64,000 nt of DNA from the NCBI RefSeq assembly GCF_006345805.1, contig NC_043007.1:16802001-16866000 (forward strand), given 5' to 3'. Within the stretch, counting starts at the first letter, position 1, and each line of letters opens with the position of its first letter. Shown piece after piece: positions 53,326 to 64,000 of the stretch. The stretch comes from Octopus sinensis. Taxonomy: Eukaryota. The position numbers and the translations under genes are program-made. The notes below the pieces were generated by a model, which searched no databases, was not told where the DNA came from, and saw only the letters and a list, made by a program, of their open reading frames with translations.

Positions 53326-54086
53326 TGTAATGATATTGGTTGATTAGGTACACAATATTATGAAATTTCGGAGTCAGCAGTTGTAACGATAAAAATTTGT
53401 TGTTATAATTGCATGTTGTAGGGTGTGAAAGATGAACAATGCATAAAGTTTTAAGGAAATATTTATTTACCGTTACGTTACAAATACCTTGCCTCGACGG
53501 GCAGGTTTTGATACATCCAAAAGCATGAGAAGTAAAGTTTGTGTTTGTGTCCTCTTCATTGTTTAGTAGTAATTACACAGAGAGATAGAATGATGTTGTA
53601 AGAGAATAGAATTAGAGCTAGTGAGTGTTGTAGGGTGTGGGACGTTGTCTCACAGTTGCTGACAATAAACTTCATTTCTCTCTCTCTGACCAAAGTGCTA
53701 GCTGGTCAGCCAGACTTCGTTGTCACCGACCGTGACTAACTGGTTGAGTCGTCACCATGTGACTGGACTCGTTGAGTCGTTACCGACTGGTTTTTGCTTG
53801 GGGTTTTCTTGCTTTTAACTATCCAGAAGGATGGACATATCATTGAGAACAATAGATTTAGTTAGTGGTCTTGTTATCTCTATTCTAGCTTTTGGTGAAG
53901 TAGAAGAGGTTAGAAAGGGTCAAGTGGTGAAGACATTATTTCGGCCTAGCTAAAGGTATCTGGAAAATGTAAAACTACTGTCAGAGAAAAACCATTGTTC
54001 CACCGTGGGAAAAGTTCTGTTGCAGTGTTAATTTAAATTCGGCTATGGTGGATCGAATCCACTTCCTGCTTGCAAGATCCACTACA
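53326..54086 (+). mobile_element. Solo LTR (gypsy-like) inserted in a family R SINE tail
   Basis: TG...TACA termini, 4-bp TSD GGAT. The SINE sequence resumes exactly after it. Confidence 0.85.
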
Positions 54087-54809
54087 GGATCAACTGGAAC
54101 CCTCGTCGTCGTAACCGACGGAGTGCCTGTTCACACAAGGATTAAACGTGAATCCGATTTACTGAAGAATACGAAGAATATAAATGAATGAATACATAAA
54201 TAAGTTCCATCAAAGAAGTATTATCATCAATGGTACGACGATCGCGTCTTTTTTTCCTTTTTTTTTTTCGTTACACATATCGACTATAAGTCGAACCACC
54301 CGCTAATTGAATTTCAGTCGACACCCTTAAACAAGAGTTTTAATAAATTTAACACATAAAAGTGATTAACATGATTTAAAAGCATGGAAAAAAATCTGTG
54401 ATGCTTTTATTTACTTCACGATTTTATTCTGAGCTCGGGTCTATTACAAGTAATTGAGTTTTCTACCAAGAGAAAATAAACACCATTGAGAATCGAACAG
54501 AAATGGGATGTTTTACAGCGTCTGTTTCTTGGGGGAAAAGCATAAAAAATTGAACAAGACTACATTTTATTGATTAAATGATATAAAAACTCAGTAAATA
54601 TGATATGACTTTTTTTGTATTTATGTTCGGTATGATGTACTTCATTTATGATCAATTCGGTTAATTGAACAATCAATTATCTGCACAAAATACTCTTCCC
54701 CTTCTCTTCGTTTGGACAATCGGGTTTTAAAAAGCAATGTGGTTCGTTTGAAGCATTGTGATATAAGAAGACAAAGAAATAAAGCGGAAAGTTTCTCGCT
54801 ATGATAATA

Positions 54810-54889
<80 letters not shown>

Positions 54890-55339
54890 GGTGGTGGTTG
54901 TTGTTGTTAAGCAACAAGACGGGTAAGGGTGATTAGGTGATGGTCTACGGCTTAGGGGCGGGAGATCCCAGACTTTGGAAAAAAAACTTTGGTCGTCTTG
55001 TAGTCGAGGGCTCTTCGTTGACACCCGACACCACTGGGAGGTGGCCCTCAAAGTCGCTCGAAATGGAGATCTCCAGGTCCAAATTCTTGAACGGCTGGTG
55101 GTGGTGGTGGTGGTGGTGGTGATGATGATGATGATGATTTCTTTATTCACCACAAGAGTTTCAGAAACCATTATGAACAGTGCGGACAAAACAAAGAATG
55201 TGTGTGTGTGTGTGTTTGTGTGTATTGTGAAGGTTTTGCGTGTAAAGACCAACAAAAGTTTTTAAAATCAACAATGTGTGATCCTCAATAGGGAGGAGAA
55301 AACCCCCATAAAAAAACCATGGGTATCCTGGTTTTGGGG

Positions 55340-55910
55340 TATCCTTTTTTTCCCCCTAATTACAGGCGTATGCCCAGGTCAGGCCCGTTCATCTGCACCA
55401 TTCTCGCCACTTTCATCCTCCTTTCAGCAAATTGGTTAGAAGACAACACTTTCCTCTCAACCCTTATTTTCCTTTTCAAATGAACCTTGAAGTTGATCAG
55501 GGATTGGCTAAAGACAAAAGTGTTTGTCTCCAGCTCCTTTAATCTCGTCTACCATACAACCGCTTTCTTCATTACCACCAGGCATATAAACACAGCATTT
55601 CCTTCTCGGTTAAAGAAAGGCGACGGCGCGATCTTCGCGATGAATTCAGTTGACAACCGGATTCGTCCCACGCGCGACAGCAGGTGTCCGACATAAACCC
55701 AGAGGTTAGCAGTGCTCGAGCACTGGACGAGTGCATGCAGGACCGTTTCATTGTCCTGCACGCATCTCAGGCATGATCAGCTGACGGCACTTCCGTGCCA
55801 TGTAAAGTTTATCTCGATCAGGCAAAGCTCCCCGGTAACACTGTCAGGCCAGAGATCTTTGGAAATTATCCATCGGTCCTGGGTCGAAAGTTCTCCGGAA
55901 AAGCGCTTTT
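55340..55910 (-). mobile_element. Tx1/L1-clade LINE 3' relic
   Basis: CLRCVQDNETVLHALVQC..LW cysteine/histidine motif followed by the ORF2 C-terminus. Confidence 0.75.
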
Positions 55911-56019
55911 AATGTTTACCTTCTACTTTATCTACTCATAAGAAAACCTGCTACGTGCTTTTTGGCTTTTAACGTAATAATGGGGGTAGTTTGGTCTTAT
56001 TCCTTGTAGGATTTACGTG

Positions 56020-56205
56020 GGTAGCGGGTTACTACCTGTAACCTTAGGTATCCACACGTTTTCGGCAGTCTTTCAAATGCTCAGAACCCTCCTGATAATC
56101 CTTGCTGTCCCTAAGAGGCAAACGTTTTGTAGGAGTTCTACCGAGCATTCTGTTTCAATCTCCTTCAGCCATTTGTCTATATCTTGGCTTACCGTTCCCT
56201 ACGCC
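56020..56205 (-). mobile_element. R4/Dong-like (RLE) non-LTR 3' relic
   Basis: GTVSQDIDKWLKEIETECSVELLQNVCLLGTARIIRRVLSI*. Confidence 0.7.
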
Positions 56206-57025
56206 TCGTTTAGTCAATAATATACACAGCAACAAAATACTCAAAACAAATTGGATTAGACTTTCAACGACTAAAGTCTAAACCTAAAACAACAGCAAAA
56301 AAAACAACAGACATACAGCTAGTTGAATAATTCTTTTTTGGAACAATGAACCTCGAAGCAGATAACGTTATGAATAACAACGTGTAAATATTGGAATTTA
56401 AAAAACCCTTTGGATAGAAAAGTGGAAGCTTGCACGTGCCAACAGCATAATTATAGTGAACATTAGTCAACAATGATTGATAACAATGTCTTCATAGTCG
56501 CTATTTCCGCGAACCAGATGCTTTAGATATTATTATTCGTTTAAATTTATACATGTAGCATACTATTTTTGGCCTGAAATCCGGCTTACATAAATAGTAT
56601 TAACGAATAGCCGAATAGTTCATCACTACTAGACCCATTTAATGTAACATCTTGTTGTCTGCGTTCCATATTCTCCGAAACAATACAGCACATTGTTAGA
56701 ATGCCTTACATAAGATAAGATATAATTGGGGACACAATAAAAAGCTTATTCAGGATATCCTACTCTTCATCCGACAAAATATAATTGGAGACAAAACGAT
56801 GAATCCCAACTGCTCCACATTCATCCAACAATCAAATTCCAACTACTTCAATGAAAAAAAAACTCCTTGGTATTCATATGCACTTTCGTTTGTGTAGTGT
56901 GATGGAGGAAAAGGACAACAGAAAAAGAAGCAAGCGGGAGAAAAAAATACAAAAAGGCCTTAACTGTTGACCTCGGCGAAATCAGCGGTCACTCTCACGA
57001 ATTAAACACGTCTTGTCTCTCTGCT

Positions 57026-57192
57026 TGGTCGGCCTCTTCTAAGCCGAAGAGGCCGACCAAGAACCCGCTGGCTTGACACCATCAAGAGTGATACCGGAAT
57101 GGACATAGCCAATCTGAAAGAAGCAGCCCAGGATAGAACTGACTGGAGGACACTGATCCATCGAGTAACCGAGAGTCGACTTCGACTGAGCG

Positions 57193-57268
<76 letters not shown>
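57026..57268 (+). mobile_element. 5'-truncated RTE with (GATA)n tail
   Basis: RGRPRTRWLDTIKSDTGMDIANLKEAAQDRTDWR. 11-bp TSD GTCTCTCTGCT at 57015-57025 and 57269-57279. Confidence 0.85.
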
Positions 57269-57269
<1 letters not shown>

Positions 57270-57639
57270 TCTCTCTGCTGTCTCTGCACGAACTGACCCC
57301 ACGTGCTTCCTGCCCACACATGCCCTCTGCCTGTCTCACCGGCCCCTGCAAGCCTTACTTCCGTCCACCTCATCTGCAATTCCCTCCACCAACACCACAT
57401 AGCTCAATCACAGCCCATAACACGACTAACACCACAGTTTGTCTTACTCAATGGAAAAATATTGAGCGGACAGTCCTTGTCGTCTCTGCCCCCTATGCTA
57501 TTTGGATTTTGGACTGGTGTACCCTAATCAGTTGGTGATCTCGTGTCCCTGAGTAAATTTCTCTTGCATAATATGATTTTTACCTCCCACTGTAAGTATA
57601 TGTATTTACATGGAAGGCGGCGAGCAGGCAGAGACGTTA

Positions 57640-58659
57640 CGAGGGACGTTCAATAAGTAATGCCTCTGATCCACTTGCCGTTGTTTGATCTAGCTGAAAT
57701 TTTGCATGTGAAATTATTCATATCTCTATAGATTAAGTGGCAAATTACAGCTCTAATTGTGGTTTCTGATTTACAGGTGTTTGAACTGAGTCAAGTGTGA
57801 AATGGAGCCTGTTGAGTGTCGAGCAGTGATCTGGTTTTTGTATTTGAAATGACGCACACCACAGGAGACTTTTGATGAAATGAAAGTAACTTATGGTGAT
57901 GATGCCCCATCATATGACCTTGTAAAACGCTGGCATTGTGAATTCAAACATGGTCGGAACTCTGTGGAAACAGCTCCCAGATCTGGTCGCCTCCCTTCTG
58001 CCATTGATGAGACATCTGTCCGTCAAGTTGAGGCTGCCATTTTGGAAGATCGACGCATAACTATTCGCCAAATAGCCCATGAGGTCAAGATTCGTACCGG
58101 GTCTGTGGAAACTATCATTCATGACCATTTGCATATGCAAAAGGTGTCTGCCAGATGGATTCCCAGGTTGCTCACACTTTTCCAAAAGCAAGAACGCGTC
58201 GAGTGCTCGAGGATGAATTTAGGGATATGCCAAGAAGATGAGTCAAAATTTTTCAAAAGTCTGATTACACAGGATGAGACCTGGGTCCATCACTATGATC
58301 CAGAGACCAAAGCCCAGTCAATGATGTGGAAGCACCATGACTCACCTCCTCCAAAGAAGGCAAGGGTGCAGCCCTCCGCTGGCAAGGTCATGCTCACAGT
58401 CTTCTGGGACCAGGACGGAGTAGTGATGACAGATTTCCTGGCAAAGGGTACCACAATTGCAGGAGCCTATCATGCTTCACTTTTGAGGAAATTAAGAGAA
58501 GTTATCAAAACCAAGAGGCGGGGCAAGATCAGCAAAGGCATCCTCCTCCTGCAGGACAACGCTCCGGTCCACAACTCGCGTGTTGCCAGATCAGAAGCAC
58601 AGGCGTGCGGCTATGAACTATTCCCCCATCCCCCTACTCTCCTGACCTTGCACCCTCTG
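57640..58659 (+). pseudogene. Mariner (irritans-like) element with a disrupted transposase (ATG 57802)
   Basis: TA|CGAGGGACGTTCAATAAGTAATGC TIR; WIPRLL, DETW and QDNAPVH motifs; premature TGA at 57850; 1-nt frameshift before YSPDLAPS; 3' end lost. Confidence 0.93.
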
Positions 58660-59394
58660 TCGCATACTGTAAGATGTGAATGATGAACGATGCATAAAGT
58701 TTTAAGAAAGTATTTATTTACCGTTACGTTACAATACCTTGCCTCGACGGGCAGGTTATGATAAATCCAAAAGCATGAGAAGTAAAGTTTGTGTTTGTGT
58801 CCTCTTCATTGTTTAGTAGTAATTGCTGAGACAGATAGAATGATGTTGTAAGAGAACAGAATTAGAGCTAGTGAGAATTGTAGGGTTGTGGGATGTTGTC
58901 TCACAGTTGCTGACAGTAAATTTAATTTCTCTCGCTGACCGGGTCTTTAATAGCTGCATTCCTTTTGATCATGATTCTAGCAGTCCGTTCCCTAACTAAC
59001 CGAGTCGTCACGAGCCGCCTCGCTCAGTTGTCGCCACGTGAATACTTGGTTGAGTCGTCACCATGTGACTGGACTCGTTGAGTCGTCAACGACTGATTTT
59101 TGCTTGGGGTGTTCTTGCTTTTATAGCTATCAAGAAGGATAAACATATAATTGAAAGCAATAGATTTAGTTGGTGGTCTTGTGATCTCTACTCTAGCTTT
59201 GGTGAAGTAGAAGCGGTTAGAAAAGGTCAAGTGGTGATGTCATTATTTCGGCCTAGCTAAAGGTATCTGGAAAATGTAAAACTGCTGTCAGAGAAAAACC
59301 ATTGTTTCACCGCGGGAAAAATTCTGTTGCAGTGTTAATTTAAATTTGGCTATGGTGGATCGAGTCCACTTCAATGCTTGCAAGATCCACTACA
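58658..59394 (+). mobile_element. LTR copy, 5'-clipped, fused to the mariner
   Basis: Homologous to 53326-54086 and 62806-63503, ends CCACTACA. Confidence 0.8.
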
Positions 59395-60636
59395 AATGTC
59401 TTCCCGGCGCAGCAAAGATCGACAGTATGAAAATCCTATGATTATTTAACATAAAGACAGACCATCGAATGACACATAATAAAACTGGCAACATTCTCCT
59501 TGACAAAATGACAACAGTATAAGTAATTATCGTCGTTTCAATACCAAACGATTATAAAATACTATTGCGCAGAAGCGAATCGAAAACTCTGAGAAATTTG
59601 AGTGAACTAGTTGTTGAATTAAAATCATTACGACAACTAAGGAATGCATCTAACAACCCTTTCTAATTGGTACAACAGGAGTAATAGGCTATAAAGTGTT
59701 TTCATAGACATTGACAAATGAAGGCTTGGTCTGACAGGAAAAGCTCTGTCTTCAACCCTTTTAGCTTCAAAAGACAATAACAGGACACGCCTCGGGTGCG
59801 CGATGTGTGCCTCGTCGTTCAACAGAAACTTGCATGAAACTGCTGAAAACAACAACAAAAACTTCAGCAACAACAACAATATATTTCTTCTACAACCAGT
59901 ACATTTTTTTCCTTTGTTCTTTTAGCTGTCTCAGCAGTTCCATTAGGTTACAGTTATTCCTTCGGAGAACCGTGATACTCAAGAGCAACAGACAAACAGG
60001 CTCCTTTACATGGGAGATTTCAGTCATGCGTCTGGAATCATTCTCTTTACGTTTTCTCTCCCTTTCTATTTTCCTCGACAGTTTCCCATTTTCCTCCGAG
60101 TTCCATTTCCTTGACAATGTCACAAGACGATTGGCTGGAATTGTAGCTCTTTGCTGGTGAGGAAGGATAGTTTTCAGCTTCTCTGTGATTCACCTTCTCA
60201 ACCATCTCAAAGCCGCGACAGTCGTGGCTGTGGAAAAGGCAACAGTATGATCTTTCTCTCAGATGTTTGCATTTCAAGGGCCCCTTTCTTCTTCTTCTTC
60301 TTCTTCTTCTTCTTCTTCTTCTTCTTCTTCTTCTTCTTCTTCTTCTTCTTCCAATCAGGACTCACACCATTAGCCACAAAGAATACTCTCTAATTCGAGC
60401 CTACTCTATGCTACTAAGAATGCGTATGGCAACTTGAAGATCCACCCACTACACGCGATAGACTGGCGGTTGCATGGGCATGAAAGCTACGTTGTTATCC
60501 TCATTCCGTAAACGGTGGCTTTTTAACGGGTGGAGAGCTGAACCATCCTGGGGTACAGAGGATTCGCAATCTAGACTAGGGTCTGAAAGTTTACCACACC
60601 ATAGTGGGTTACACCATGGTTCCTCTGCTTTGTGGC

Positions 60637-61225
60637 AGAAGTAGGAAGAAAGAGTGAGAGAAAGTTGTGGTGAAAGAATACAGCGGGGTTCACCCCCACC
60701 CCGCCGGAGCCTCGTGGAGCTTAGGCGTTTTTTCTCAATAAATACTCACAATGCCCGGTCTGAGAATCGAAACCGCGTTCTTACGACCACGAGTCCGCTG
60801 CCCTAACCACTGGGACATTGCACCTCCTCTCTTGCCGATGGTGTTGCTGTTGAGCGAAGCGGTCTTCGTCCTCTTGGAAGAAGTCCGAAACGTGGTCCTT
60901 TGCTATTCGTAAGACCCGCAGAAGAGAAAGCAAGTCAACCCTCGACACCGAGAGCATCGACGGATGGATGAATGCGCATCCATGCTCAGCGGTTGCGTAG
61001 GAAGTCGGGGACGAGAAACAGGAAGAAAGAGTGAGAGAAAGTTGTAGCGAAAGAGTACAACAGGGGTCGCCACCACCCCCTGCCGGAGCCTCGTGAAGCT
61101 TTTGGGTGTTTTCGCTCAATAAACACACACAACGCCCGGTCTGGGAATCGAAGCCGCGATCCTCCGACCGCGAGTCCGCTGCCCTAACCCCTGAGCCATT
61201 GCGCCTCCACTCTTGCTGATGCTGT
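60637..61225 (-). mobile_element. Two family R SINE copies sharing an adjacent flank
   Basis: Both heads adjoin CTCTTGC(C/T)GATG(G/C)TGTT. Confidence 0.65.
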
Positions 61226-62074
61226 TTCTTCTCGCGAGAAAAAAAAACTGACATGTTAATGAAGTGTGAGCTTGGAGGTTCAGCTAAAGATGATTTTGAT
61301 GAAGACCAAGTTAGCTGTTTGCAAACGCTTGATAATAATTACTGGGATTTTAATAATTTTTAATAACAATTAAATGCCTGATAATACCTCTTCCTCTTAT
61401 TTTTCGTTATTCTTCTGGACAGGATCTCAAGTAGTTTCCACGTACACGTAATACAAAGATTTGTAGGGACTGACTAAATAAAATCACATACAAATGAGGG
61501 GAGGGGGTAAATACATTATGCATTATGTGTGTGCACACGCGCGCGTATGTGAACATACTGGTTTGGTGGGGGGAGGGATAAATTAAATTCCTATTTCTTT
61601 ACTACCCACAAGGGGCTAAACACAGACAGGACGAACAAGGACAGACAAACGGATTAAGTTGATTACATCGACCCCAGTGCGTAACTGGTACTTAATTTAC
61701 CGACCCCGAAAGGATGAAAGGCAAAGTCGACCTCGGCGGAATTTGAACTCAGAACGTAACGGCAGACGACATACGGCTACGCATTTCGCCAGGCGTGCAA
61801 ACGTTTCTGCCAGCTCGCCGGGGGATAAATTAATTACCAAGATAAATAGATGATAATATTAGAACTAAATCATCTTTTAAAAAAGATATAATGTAAAGAA
61901 TATGAAAAACAAATAGGGTAGCCCACTTACAAACGAGTAAGAATCTGTCAGTTAGGTTGGATGAGAACATTCTACAATTATCCCAGATTGTCACTCGTTG
62001 TATTAGAAGGTAGTGTACACAAAGGCACCCGTTTTAGTCAATTCATCCTTGGAAGGCTCCACATTTTCCTAGGA

Positions 62075-62685
62075 ACGGACAACTGCGTAGGAAGAGAAAG
62101 AAGAGATATATGATGAAGAGTGAGCCAAGGCAGAATGTAGGACACAGGAAAAGAAGTTTACCTTCAAGGAGTCGTTCAACTTCCTTCGTGACCAGAGAGG
62201 CAAATTACAGACTGCTTTGTCGTGGATATTGCATGCATGAAGTGGATTCGATCCACCATAGCCAAATTTGAATTAACACTGCAACAGAACTTTTCCCACG
62301 GCTGAAGCAATGGTTTTTCTCTGACAGCAGTTTTACATTTTCCAGATGCCTTTAGCTAGGCCGAAATAATGTCATCACCACTTGACCTTTTCTAACCGCT
62401 TCTACTTCACCAAAAGCTAGAATAGAGATAACCAGACCACCAACTAAATCTATTGTTCTCAATGATATATCTATCCTTCTGGATCTTTATATAAGCAAGC
62501 ACATCCCAAGCAAAAATCAGTTAGTCACCAGTCGGTGACGACTCAACCAAGTTAGACTTTGGTGACAACTCGTGAGTAGTGAAAAGACCACTAGAATCAT
62601 GGAAGCAGGCAGACAAAATGACCTGAGGAAAAAAGAAAGAGAACGTCCCACACTCATTCTCACTCTCACTAGCTCCAATTCTGTT
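62075..62685 (-). repeat. Left arm of a ~610-bp inverted duplication (LTR plus flank)
   Basis: Reverse complement of 63032-63646. Confidence 0.88.
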
Positions 62686-62805
62686 GACAGCTAACGTGGT
62701 CATTATCAAAATTCATTCTTGCTGATGCTCCTGGTATTGGCACTCCAGTTTGCGCTCTACCAACATATTGTTTTATTGTTCTCGAGATCAAACATCAAAT
62801 TAAGC

Positions 62806-63503
62806 TGTAACGGGAAAAATTTGTTGTTATTGTCGCATACTGTAAGATGTGAATGATGAACAATGAATGAAGTTATAAGGAAATATTTATTTACCATTAC
62901 GTTACAAATACCTTGCCTCGACGGGCAGGTTTTGATACATCCAAAAACATGCGAAGTAAAGTTTGTGTTTGTGTCCTCTTCATTGTTTAGTAGTAGTAAT
63001 TACTGAGGGAGATAGAATGATATTGTAAGAGAACAGAACTGGAGCTAGTGAGAGTGAGAATGAGTGTGGGACGTCGTCTTTCTTTTTCCCTCAGGTCATT
63101 TTGTCTGCCTGCTTCCATGATTCTAGTGGTCTGTTCACTACTCACGAGTTGTCACCACAGTCTAACTTGGTTGAGTTGTCACCGACTGGAGACTAACTGA
63201 TTTTTGCTTGGGGTACGCTTGCTTATATAAAGATCCAGAAGGATAGATATATCATTGAGAACAATAGATTTAGTTGGTGGTCTGGTTATCTCTATTCTAG
63301 CTTTTGGTGAAGTAGAAGCGGTTAGAAAAGGTCAAGTGGTGATGACATTATTTCGGCCTAGCTAAAGGCATCTGGAAAATGTAAAACTGCTGTCAGAAAA
63401 AAAAGAAACCATTGTTTCACCGTGGGAAAAGTTCTGTTGCAGTGTTAATTTAAATTCGGCGATGGTGGATCGAATCCACTTCATGCATGCAAGATCCACT
63501 ACA
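62806..63503 (+). mobile_element. LTR copy (TGTAAC...TACA)
   Basis: Homologous to the other LTR copies. Flanks AAGC/AATC are an imperfect TSD at best. Confidence 0.75.
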
Positions 63504-64000
63504 AATCAGTCTATAATTTGCCTCTCTGGTCACGAAGGAAGTTGAACGACTCCTTGAAGGTAAACTTCTTTTCCTGTGTCCTACATTCTGCCTTGGCTCA
63601 CTCTTCTTCATATATCTCTTCTTCCTCTTCCTACGCAGTTGTCCGTATCTTCTTCAGTTTGTTTCCTGTCTCTACTGTGTTACTTTACGCTTCTGTATTA
63701 ACAGAGACTGGTCAAATAAACATCAGTAACATGCTCGGATTTTTTGCGTGGAATCATTTACCCTGACCTCCTAATATGCTGCAAATTCCTTATTTTTGTT
63801 TGGAAAAAAGGGGGTGGGTGAGGCGACCCCCCCCCCGCCATCCCGGAATCATTGGAATTTTTTTTTCGTTGAATGAATTCCGGAGACCTCCTAATATGCT
63901 ACAAAACCCTTTTGGGGTGTCCAGAAAACGAGGTGGAGTGAAGTGGAAGCCTCGGAAATTTCCATTGAACTTTTCACCCGCACGATTTTCACTAAGAAAA

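Noticed and set aside
60500-60600. Possible HDV-like ribozyme (ATCCTC/GAGGAT, ACC-N7-GGT)
   Set aside because: No P1 5' strand, and L3/P1.1 polarity and J4/2 do not fit.
60845-60905. CTGTTGA...GAAACGTGGTC hammerhead-like motif
   Set aside because: Helices I and II do not pair.
58658-63503. Full-length LTR retrotransposon bounded by the 58658 and 62806 LTRs
   Set aside because: No recognisable PBS, gag/pol motifs or shared TSD, and the LTRs differ internally.
63765-63905. GACCTCCTAATATGCT repeated about 120 bp apart at the window end
   Set aside because: Probably the edge of a satellite or transposon, and too truncated to interpret.

Overview
AT-rich, repeat-saturated eukaryotic DNA, most likely from an octopus or other coleoid cephalopod (inferred from the tRNA-derived SINE families, TTAGGG tracts and very high microsatellite density). 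Almost all ORFs in the supplied track are microsatellite or SINE artefacts. The window holds several SINE families (often as concatemers), GG-ended MITEs with 8-9 bp TSDs (Merlin-like, some nested), Helitrons, LINE relics (RTE, Tx1/L1, R4/Dong-like), a broken mariner transposase, LTR copies and a 100-N scaffold gap. The top finding is 9796-11172: a non-coding, structured 491-bp unit arranged as an inverted copy plus about 2.1 tandem copies. Each copy folds into a type I hammerhead ribozyme with an unusually large helix II insertion, an architecture typical of Penelope-like elements and retrozymes. Three further minimal hammerhead-like motifs occur nearby. Also notable are a 5-unit SINE concatemer inside one 20-bp TSD and a candidate two-exon gene for an 88-aa secreted peptide on the minus strand. 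All alignments and folds were done by eye and need computational confirmation.
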